Source: Methanobacterium sp.
Lineage (GTDB): Archaea; Methanobacteriota; Methanobacteria; Methanobacteriales; Methanobacteriaceae
DNA: 29,931 nt
NCBI GenBank assembly: GCA_003166335.1
Contig: PMWA01000072.1
Coordinates: forward strand, 1 to 29,931
Direction: 5' to 3'
The notes below the pieces were generated by a model, which was not told where the DNA came from, searched no databases, and worked only from the letters and a program-made list of their open reading frames with translations. Positions 20,501-28,194 of the stretch are shown here, piece by piece. How positions within the stretch are numbered: position 1 is the stretch's first letter; every line of letters begins with the position of its first letter. A program made the translations under genes and the position numbers.

Positions 20501-22117
20501 ATGAATTCTTCTCCTACAATAAGATTTTCAGATGCTATTATCCAAATATTAGAATCAGAAAACGTTAAATACATTTTTGGACACCCTGGTGAACAGATTC
20601 TTCCCCTCTATGATGCAATTCGGAAATCAAAAATAAAACATGTGCTCATGCGACATGAACAGGGTGCAGCCCATGCGGCAGACGCTTATGCAAGAATATC
20701 GGGGAAATTCGGACTTTGCATAGCAACAGCAGGTCCAGGTGCATTAAATCTAACTATGGGCATCGCAACAGCCTATAAAGACTCAGTACCATTACTAATT
20801 ATCACGGGAGACATTCCCACCAATCTCAGAGGCTGCAATGTATTCCAAGAAATTGAAGTCTGCAAAGTTTTCAAACCCATAACCCTAAACAGCTATAATA
20901 TAAGTAATCCAGAAGAAGGCATCCTAAAGCTAAAAGAAGCAATTAATCAATTTAAATATGGTAAAACAGGACCAGTACATATCAGTTTGCCTAGAGATGT
21001 TTTACAGGAACAAGTTGATAAATCATTAATTTATAAAGAAGTTGAATATTCATCTAAAACAAACCTTAAAGAATTAAATGCGCAGATTAATGCTGCCATA
21101 AAAGCAATCGAAAAAGCAAAAAAACCTGTCATATTAGTTGGTGCAGGGGTAATCTGGTCAAATGCTACAGATAAAGTTTTAAATTTCGCTGAAAAACATA
21201 AAATCCCCATATCAACCACTTATCATTCACGAGGAATTTTTCCAGATGACCATCCACTTAACCTAGGAATGATGGGTACTAGAGGTACAGAAGCATCAAA
21301 TTACGCAGGCGAAAATAGTGACGTCTTAATAGCTTTAGGATCAAGACTTTCAGAGCGAACCGAAGCAAGTATTGGACCATGTAAAATAATTCAAGTAAAC
21401 CTTGACGAAGAAAACCTTAAAAGTGAAATTAACATTCAAACAGATGTTGGAGAATTTATCGATTCATTAAATGATTTAAAAGTACTTAACACCAAAAAAT
21501 GGCTCAATGAATTATCAAAATACCCTACATATCATAAAATAAAAACAGATTACAATGAAGTTCCAATAAAACCTCAAAGAGCCATCCAGGAGATTCTAGA
21601 TGCAGCAGAAGATTCCATAATAGTTAATGATGCTGGATCCCATACTACCTGGCTCACCCTACTTTATAAAGCTAAAAAATCATCATCATTCATATTCTCC
21701 GGTGGATTCGCACCCATGGGCTACGCTATACCGGGATCAGTCGGAGCATCCCTAGCAAATCCTCAAAAAAACATTGTAGTCATAGTAGGAGACGGCGGGT
21801 TTCAGATGACATCTCAAGAACTCGCTACTATTGCTCAATTAAATCTTCCCATATTGATCTGTATCATCAATAACAGTTCGTTAGGAATCATAAAACAATG
21901 GCAGAAAATCTATTACGGAAACACCTATGAAGTTGAACTACAAAATCCAGACTTCATCAAATTAGCAGAATCATATCACATCAAAGCAAAACGCATAAAA
22001 TCACCCTTAAAAGTTTTCCAAACAGTAAAAAAAGCTTTAAATTTAAGAAAACCCTACTTTATTGAGATTATAGTTGATAAAGAAGAAGGTATACCATTAG
22101 TCAATACCAAAACATAA
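20501..22117 (+). CDS. Thiamine-pyrophosphate enzyme, acetolactate synthase large subunit-like
   Basis: RHEQGAAHAADAYAR, GPGALN, GPVHISLP, TPP motif GDGGF...NN. Confidence 0.92.
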   Translation: MNSSPTIRFSDAIIQILESENVKYIFGHPGEQILPLYDAIRKSKIKHVLMRHEQGAAHAADAYARISGKFGLCIATAGPGALNLTMGIATAYKDSVPLLIITGDIPTNLRGCNVFQEIEVCKVFKPITLNSYNISNPEEGILKLKEAINQFKYGKTGPVHISLPRDVLQEQVDKSLIYKEVEYSSKTNLKELNAQINAAIKAIEKAKKPVILVGAGVIWSNATDKVLNFAEKHKIPISTTYHSRGIFPDDHPLNLGMMGTRGTEASNYAGENSDVLIALGSRLSERTEASIGPCKIIQVNLDEENLKSEINIQTDVGEFIDSLNDLKVLNTKKWLNELSKYPTYHKIKTDYNEVPIKPQRAIQEILDAAEDSIIVNDAGSHTTWLTLLYKAKKSSSFIFSGGFAPMGYAIPGSVGASLANPQKNIVVIVGDGGFQMTSQELATIAQLNLPILICIINNSSLGIIKQWQKIYYGNTYEVELQNPDFIKLAESYHIKAKRIKSPLKVFQTVKKALNLRKPYFIEIIVDKEEGIPLVNTKT

Positions 22118-22174
22118 AATAACACAAGAGGTTAGTTCTAAATATTAAAATAATAAATGGGGGAATATTTTTTT

Positions 22175-22636
22175 ATGGAATTCGTGAATGAATTTAAGGG
22201 ATTAAATGGAAATCTTTTAGCTTTCAAAGAGGAAGTAGGCGATGCAAAAAAAGTAACTTTTGCAGGAGCTCCGGGAGTATGCACTCCTTATGCAGAACTT
22301 TTTGCTTATGCTATAAGGGATAAAGAATCTGTTTTTATTACATTGACTAATATTGAAAGTGCAAAGAAAATTGAATTAACTCCTCAAGGAATGCAGTTAT
22401 CTGAACCAGCAGATCCTCATGCTGATGTTGTAGCGCTTCTTGGGGGTTTAACCCTACCTAAATCTAATGTTAAAATTGATGATTTAAATCAAATGATTGA
22501 TAATATTCTTAAAGAAGATGGTAAACTCATAGGATTATCTTACATGGACATGTTCAAAGAGGCTGGATGGTTGGATAAAGTAAACTTTGATTGTATAATA
22601 AATGGTACATTAACAGGCTCTATTCGGAAAAAATAA
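22175..22636 (+). CDS. DUF2124-family methanogen protein
   Basis: [27 protein letters not shown] pattern; ATG 22175 follows a GGGGG RBS. Confidence 0.8.
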   Translation: MEFVNEFKGLNGNLLAFKEEVGDAKKVTFAGAPGVCTPYAELFAYAIRDKESVFITLTNIESAKKIELTPQGMQLSEPADPHADVVALLGGLTLPKSNVKIDDLNQMIDNILKEDGKLIGLSYMDMFKEAGWLDKVNFDCIINGTLTGSIRKK

Positions 22637-22829
22637 TTTTTTTTACGAATATAACTTTGATTAGTTAATAACTGTTAAGAAATATGATGGTAATTTTACG
22701 CCAATAAAGGATCAATGGGGTATTTTTAGAGCCTCCCGTCAGGGATTTATTCTGGATTACTTCAAATTTATAGTACATTTCAAATAAAACTAGAAATATA
22801 ATTATTAAAATAAATGGAGTGTAAAAATT

Positions 22830-23498
22830 TTGAAAGAAACTAAAGAAAGTATCCAGGAAAAGGGAGCATTTATCCAAAAAGATAGAGAAACCTATGCTAT
22901 AATTCCATATTTTCCGGGAGGACTAGTTGATTCCAGTACTTTACGAAAAATAGCAGATGTATCAGAAAAATATAATCTAAAAACTATTAAAACAACATCT
23001 GAAGGTAGAATATCACTCTATGGTGTTAAAGAATCGGATTTAGATAATATATGGGATGATTTAGGTTTGAAACCCGGAGGACATACTGGCAAATGCGTAA
23101 GACCAGCCAAATGTTGCATAGGTAATATACAATGTCAAAAAGGATTGCAGAATACAGTGGAAATGAGTAAAAGAATAGATAAACTTTATTGTGGAACCCC
23201 AACACCACGTAAATTAAAAATAGCCATTTCAGGATGCCCAAATTCATGCGCTGAACCTGCAGTTCGTGATATAGGACTTATCGGAACAAGAAAAGGTTGG
23301 AGACTACTGGTTGGCGGAACATGTGGAATAAAACCTAGAATTGGTCAATTATTAGCAAAAAACATTTCCGACGATGAAGTGATCAATATGATAAATAAAA
23401 TAATAAATTATTATAATGATCAAGGAATCGAAAAACGTATGCCTGCATTTATAGAGAAAATTGGATTCGAAAAATTCTCGCAAAATGTTTTAAAATAA
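22830..23498 (+). CDS. Small nitrite/sulfite reductase-family siroheme [4Fe-4S] protein
   Basis: IQKDRETYAIIP..PGG ferredoxin-like half domain; Cx5C (CIGNIQC) and Cx3C (GCPNSC) ligands. Confidence 0.9.
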   Translation: MKETKESIQEKGAFIQKDRETYAIIPYFPGGLVDSSTLRKIADVSEKYNLKTIKTTSEGRISLYGVKESDLDNIWDDLGLKPGGHTGKCVRPAKCCIGNIQCQKGLQNTVEMSKRIDKLYCGTPTPRKLKIAISGCPNSCAEPAVRDIGLIGTRKGWRLLVGGTCGIKPRIGQLLAKNISDDEVINMINKIINYYNDQGIEKRMPAFIEKIGFEKFSQNVLK

Positions 23499-23598
23499 AT
23501 TTTATCACCTTTTAATTTAAGATTGAGTAATCGGTTCTTTATTTTTGATAATATTGAAAGATTGTAGTTCCTCTAATACATTTCTTTGGCTTTTAGGA

Positions 23599-23832
23599 TT
23601 AACAGGTGTGTCCAATACCTTTGTATCCTTCTTGAGGGACGCCTCCTAAGATTATCATTGTTAAATTACCATCATAAATGCTGATGTTTTCGGGGTGGCC
23701 TATTATCACATCGTTATATATTGGCTGTGGATTTGGTGATGTATCGTTGGGGTCGGTTAATGTGGCGATTTTAGCGCGTATTGTTTCATGCAGGTTTGCA
23801 TATCCGTATAATCTCATTGCGGGAGTACTCAT
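23599..23832 (-). CDS. Hypothetical protein (77 aa)
   Basis: GGAGAGGA RBS before ATG 23832; protein-like composition; no recognised motif. Confidence 0.6.
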   Translation of the reverse strand: MSTPAMRLYGYANLHETIRAKIATLTDPNDTSPNPQPIYNDVIIGHPENISIYDGNLTMIILGGVPQEGYKGIGHTC

Positions 23833-23981
23833 AAATTTAATCCTCTCCAAATAAATCGTCTAAAAATTTATCACAATCCCATGGATGATATTCACCTCTC
23901 AATAAAAAAAATTTGTTAAAATGGAATTTTAAGGATCAGAATAAGGTTAATGTAAGGAAAAACAGTTTAAAATTCGGTATA

Positions 23982-24018
23982 TTTAAATATCTTAATACTT
24001 AAAATTATGATTAGGTGA
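23982..24018 (+). promoter_or_regulatory. TATA box and RBS of the histone gene
   Basis: TTTAAATA at 23982-23989 and AGGTGA at 24013-24018. Confidence 0.55.
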
Positions 24019-24023
24019 TAAAT

Positions 24024-24224
24024 ATGACTGAACTACCATTAGCTCCATTAAAAAGAATAATAAAAAATGCAGGTGGACAACGAGTTAGTCCGGAAGCAGA
24101 ACAAGTTTTAGCAAAAATTTTGGAAGATATGGCTGAAGAGATCGCTGAAGACGCAGTTAAATGTGCAAAACATGCTGGAAGAGTAACAGTACAAGCATCA
24201 GACATTGAGATGAGCTGTAAATAA
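24024..24224 (+). CDS. Archaeal histone, HMf family, divergent paralogue (66 aa)
   Basis: MTELPLAPLKRIIKNAGGQRVS...AKHAGRVTVQASDIE aligns without gaps to HMfA/B. Confidence 0.96.
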   Translation: MTELPLAPLKRIIKNAGGQRVSPEAEQVLAKILEDMAEEIAEDAVKCAKHAGRVTVQASDIEMSCK

Positions 24225-24233
24225 CTTTGTAAT

Positions 24234-24264
24234 ATTTTTTTCTTTCTATTTCTACTTTTTTTTT
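24234..24264 (+). terminator. Oligo-T terminator after the histone gene
   Basis: T8 and T9 runs directly after the stop codon. Confidence 0.55.
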
Positions 24265-24275
24265 ACACTTGAAAT
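24262..24275 (+). repeat. 14-bp direct repeat, copy 1 (TTTACACTTGAAAT), mini-ORB-like
   Basis: Identical to 25200-25213. Confidence 0.8.
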
Positions 24276-24496
24276 TGTTCTACAATAACAATATTGTTGA
24301 AGTTGATCAATATTTTCAACTTCGTCATTCCACTATTTTAACGAAGTTCAAAAAAAATGGAAGTATAAAAAATATATTAAGGTCAAAAGTTTACCACAAC
24401 TTCCTTAGGCCTCGCAGTGCTTTAAATGGTAAAAAACCTTCTGAAACTACTGGAATAAAATTAGACTTAAGCAATATATGGGAAATATTAATTTAA
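24269..24496 (+). pseudogene. C-terminal remnant of a DDE (IS6/IS240- or rve-like) transposase
   Basis: NNNIVE...HSTI and YHNFLRPRSALNGKKPSETTGIKLDLSNIWEILI resemble the NNxxER...YNxxRPHxxLxGxTPxExxGI...W..LI tail; no RBS, N-terminal part absent. Confidence 0.7.
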
Positions 24497-24549
24497 ATAA
24501 TATAACATGATAGTATAACTACAAGATTATGCTGGAGGTGAGTAACAAA

Positions 24550-24708
24550 ATGACTGATTATGTTAAAACATTAGGTGGAGCTGAATATCACTGGTGTAAA
24601 AACTGTTCTAAATATCCATCTTATATAGCAGAAAGAACAACTATACGACCTGAAGAACATCTCTGTGATGAATGCTTAGCTAACGAAGGAGGAGATGATT
24701 GCAATTAA
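24550..24708 (+). CDS. Small Cys/His-rich putative zinc-binding protein (52 aa)
   Basis: Not in the track. GGAGGTGA RBS at 24534-24541; MTDYVKTLGGAEYHWCKNCSKYPSYIAERTTIRPEEHLCDECLANEGGDDCN; T-rich tract after the stop. Confidence 0.85.
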   Translation: MTDYVKTLGGAEYHWCKNCSKYPSYIAERTTIRPEEHLCDECLANEGGDDCN

Positions 24709-24741
24709 AAATTAATAAATTTTTTATTTTTTTATTGAACC

Positions 24742-25130
24742 TTAAAATATACTATAAAAAGGGTTAACATGTTGCACATCATCATCCGTATGGTCAACTG
24801 GACCAAAAACCGTGTTAAAAGTAATTTTACTTCCTTTACGGTCCTCGGGATGTGCATCTAAATAATCATTTAAAAGTTCCTTAGACCTGTTTCTCCCAAG
24901 TTACTGCTGAATGATTACGAGCTTCATTATCCATATATTATGCATCTGCAATAACTACCGCAGCATAGAGATTGGCAGCTTGGATGATAGCATCAGGTGT
25001 TGGATGTGGTCATGTTACCATTTGAATTTTATTTCTGATTCTTTGATCAGCAAAGTTAAAGCCATATTTATTGTAGTTTCTATGATATTTGTAGGCACGT
25101 CTTGTACCAAAACTGATATATTTCACTCAT
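24742..25130 (-). pseudogene. Decayed gene of about 125 codons, possibly a viral head-tail adaptor
   Basis: Protein-like segments across frames, broken by two in-frame stops and at least two frameshifts. Confidence 0.45.
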
Positions 25131-25199
25131 TATAAATTCAGTTCTAAATTTCGATTGAAATAAAAAAAATTAAAGTTTTATACCAATTAAATGAATTAA

Positions 25200-25213
25200 T
25201 TTACACTTGAAAT
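25200..25213 (+). repeat. 14-bp direct repeat, copy 2 (TTTACACTTGAAAT), mini-ORB-like
   Basis: Identical to 24262-24275. Confidence 0.8.
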
Positions 25214-25333
25214 CATATTTTGATGAAGTATATTTTTCATTCTAAATGTTAAAAGGAAGAATCTATACTTAAACAGTACTAATTATTATCCATATTCTAG
25301 CGTAAAAAATACTAATTAGGTGGAGATTTTATT

Positions 25334-26128
25334 ATGAAAGCTGATTTAAGCATTAAAATGCATTACTTAGATCTAGGTAATCCCCGAAACCTTCCCATTA
25401 TTTTAATACATGGAATGACATTTGATCATCAAATGTGGAATCCTCAAATCCAAGTTCTTAAAGATAAATATCGTGTCATCGCCTATGATTTAAGGGGTCA
25501 TGGTTTAAGTATAGTTGGAGATGGACAGTACACTTATAAAATGTTCGTCAATGATTTAATAGATTTAATGGATCATTTACACATTAAACAGGCAGTGCTA
25601 TGCGGTCTTTCCATGGGAGGGGCTATAGCCTTACGTGCATATGAAATGAACCCGGATCGGATCAAAGCATTAATACTATGTGATACTAGAACTGAAGCAG
25701 ACTCTAACGAGACTAAGTACTGGAGGGAGGATTCAATTGAGTTAATTAAAAATAATGGATTAGAATCTTTCACTCATGAATTTATAAATAACATATTTGC
25801 AAGAGAAAGTTTCAAGGACCATCCTAAAGCAGTGGAATTAATCCGAAACATAATCCTATCATCTTCACCCCAGGCTATCTGCGGCGTGCTTCTTGCACAG
25901 GCTGCCAGAACTGACATGAAACATGTACTCACCAAAATCAAGGTTCCTACATTAATAATGATAGGAGAAAATGATAATTTCACCCCCTATGCATCATCCG
26001 AAACAATGAATGATGAAATAATTAACTCTAAACTAAAAATAATCTCTAAAGCAGGTCACGTTAGTAATCTAGAGAATACAGATGAATTTAATCATAATTT
26101 ACTAGAATTTATGAAGAAAATTAAATAA
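25334..26128 (+). CDS. Alpha/beta hydrolase (enol-lactonase/PcaD-like)
   Basis: LIHG, YDLRGHG, nucleophile GLSMGG, GEND, AGH motifs; GGTGGAG RBS. Confidence 0.92.
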   Translation: MKADLSIKMHYLDLGNPRNLPIILIHGMTFDHQMWNPQIQVLKDKYRVIAYDLRGHGLSIVGDGQYTYKMFVNDLIDLMDHLHIKQAVLCGLSMGGAIALRAYEMNPDRIKALILCDTRTEADSNETKYWREDSIELIKNNGLESFTHEFINNIFARESFKDHPKAVELIRNIILSSSPQAICGVLLAQAARTDMKHVLTKIKVPTLIMIGENDNFTPYASSETMNDEIINSKLKIISKAGHVSNLENTDEFNHNLLEFMKKIK

Positions 26129-26178
26129 ATAAAATAAAAAAAATTGTCGATAAAAAAAAATTAGGAAAAAATAAAAAT

Positions 26179-27786
26179 TTATTTCAGATTTGTGAGTGCC
26201 TGGGAATCTAATTTTTTAATATCCCCACTAGGAGAATACTGACAAAGATTTACAAAAGTTGGAGCAGAATCTTTGCTTTTTTGCGGTATCACAACAACAA
26301 ATGTCATTGTACATTTATTTTTATCAATCCAAGTGCCTGAATTTACATAAACATTTTTTTCTTGGTTTTCATTAACTGACGCTATGACTCGTGCCTCATG
26401 AGAATGTCCAAATATAACAATTCTTTTATCAGAATCAGGATTATTGAAGAATTGGACACCGGATTGATCATCAAGATGACTCGCCAAAGTCCCCTTCAAG
26501 ACTGCTTCTTCGATAGGAATTTTAATAGGAACTAAATTATTACTTTGCCTCTCATCCCACGATTCAATAACTCCTTTATACAAATTAAGATCAATATAAT
26601 CATCCTCTGAGTTTTGATAGGGTAAAATATCATTTATCGCATAAAAATCATTGAATCCATCTATACCCGTGTTTATAACCTTCTCATCAAGCCCTTCGTT
26701 CACTGGGAATTCAGTCATAAGACCTTTCCAAACATTCCAATAAAGGAAGTAATGATACTGATCCTTTCCCAGTTCATTTTTATTAACAATAGGTAAAGGA
26801 CTATCTCTCTTAGGCCGACCCTCAATAACTGAACTAGTTGCTATTCTAGTAAAGAAATATCCTGAAGGTAATATTGAATCTGTCTCAGTTATATATCGAT
26901 TGGAAGAATCAGGGGCACAATAAAAATTATATCTATGTCCATGTTCAATGATTAATTCCGGAAAATCAGGAGGAGAATATGCTCCCAAACCTCTAACATC
27001 ACGAACTTGAGACACACCTGGCATAATATTTTGGATATCCTCAGAATTTATTAATAAATCATGATTTCCAGGAACATAAGTCACCTTTACTTTACCATCA
27101 TTTATAATATTATTAAAAGCATCAATTACTGGTTTATTATTAAAAGCCACGGATTTCACGAAGTCCAACTGTGTTTTACCATTAAATGTATCTAAATCCA
27201 TTGGAACAAACCATTCATCAATCAAATCACCAGCTATAACCAATTCTTTTACATTCGGTGAAATTTGAATATGATTTAAGAAATCTACTAAAGCATCACG
27301 ATTCCTGTTAAATTCAGAATAACTGTCATTAGCACCTAAATGAAGATCACTAATACACACCAGTAAATTTCTTTTATTATTCAAATCAGAAATACCCTCT
27401 AAATCCAGATTAAATGAATAATCCACAGCAAAATAATTTGTATATTCCTCTCCTAAAGATGCACCACTTAAAGATTTTACTTTATTTACGGAAAGCTTAT
27501 ATTCTTCACCTTCAGCAAAATTTGTATTGTCAGATTTACTAATATAAAGAACAGAATCTGAATTCTCATCAATATTTAATATAACATCCATTTCTACTTC
27601 TTTACCATCAGATTTAACTTTATAAAGTTTTATTCCATCTGAAATAGTGCCCATATCTAAATCTTCATTAAATACTAATTTTATCTGTCTTGTAGAATCA
27701 ATAACAGATGGATCCTTCATTTTATCTGAGAAAGAAATGTCTGTTTTCACATTTAACAATGATTTAACATTTTTTTTAGAATCCAA
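26179..27786 (-). CDS. Calcineurin-like metallophosphoesterase with an N-terminal Ig-like domain
   Basis: SDLHLG, GDLID, GNHD, EHGH, GHSH motifs; the N-terminus has an I.L.FNE.LD...Y.L.V..V.S..G..L Big_5-like pattern. TTG 27786 is better spaced from GGAGG than track start 27795. Confidence 0.88.
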   Translation of the reverse strand: MDSKKNVKSLLNVKTDISFSDKMKDPSVIDSTRQIKLVFNEDLDMGTISDGIKLYKVKSDGKEVEMDVILNIDENSDSVLYISKSDNTNFAEGEEYKLSVNKVKSLSGASLGEEYTNYFAVDYSFNLDLEGISDLNNKRNLLVCISDLHLGANDSYSEFNRNRDALVDFLNHIQISPNVKELVIAGDLIDEWFVPMDLDTFNGKTQLDFVKSVAFNNKPVIDAFNNIINDGKVKVTYVPGNHDLLINSEDIQNIMPGVSQVRDVRGLGAYSPPDFPELIIEHGHRYNFYCAPDSSNRYITETDSILPSGYFFTRIATSSVIEGRPKRDSPLPIVNKNELGKDQYHYFLYWNVWKGLMTEFPVNEGLDEKVINTGIDGFNDFYAINDILPYQNSEDDYIDLNLYKGVIESWDERQSNNLVPIKIPIEEAVLKGTLASHLDDQSGVQFFNNPDSDKRIVIFGHSHEARVIASVNENQEKNVYVNSGTWIDKNKCTMTFVVVIPQKSKDSAPTFVNLCQYSPSGDIKKLDSQALTNLK

Positions 27787-28075
27787 AGAAATCAAACCTC
27801 CTTCAAATATAACTAAATTACATTCTGCTGTCTATTATTTAATAAATAAAATAATTTTTATACAAGTAATAACTTCACTAAGCTTGCTTTTAAACATTTC
27901 TCCCATTTTATTTCAAATGAATCTAAAAAACGGTTTTTGAATTAACTTGTAATATATCTGTGCTTATATTGAGTATCACGGTTTAATTAATTAATTTAGC
28001 TGCAAATGAATATGGTATTTAAATAGTAAAACTCCTAGAAAAAAAATTTTACTAAATAAAATATTCTACTTAAAG

Positions 28076-28104
28076 AAAGTCCTTTTTTTTTTAACGAGGG
28101 CTTT
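28076..28104. other. Intergenic hairpin
   Basis: AAAGTCCT / AGGGCTTT arms around a T-rich loop, between divergent genes. Confidence 0.35.
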
Positions 28105-28194
28105 TTAATATTATTTTTAAATAGATAATAACGAAATTTGTTTATTAATTAAAATATAAACATAAGCTGATTAATTTTTATGGAGTATTTGGTA

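Noticed and set aside
22665..22877. 70-aa minus-strand ORF and the slightly GC-richer patch at 22680-22760
   Set aside because: Overlaps the reductase start, no RBS or motif; could be gene debris but cannot be supported.
24911..25135. 74-aa plus-strand ORF
   Set aside because: No RBS; lies antisense to the more protein-like decayed gene.
1470..27940. Antisense or overlapping track ORFs (1470, 2424, 4444, 4699, 9053, 10336, 11102, 12289, 13208, 14278, 14996, 15500, 16353, 17891, 19408, 21031, 23026, 24011, 25573, 25774, 27647)
   Set aside because: Shadows of well-supported genes on the opposite strand, with no recognisable motifs.
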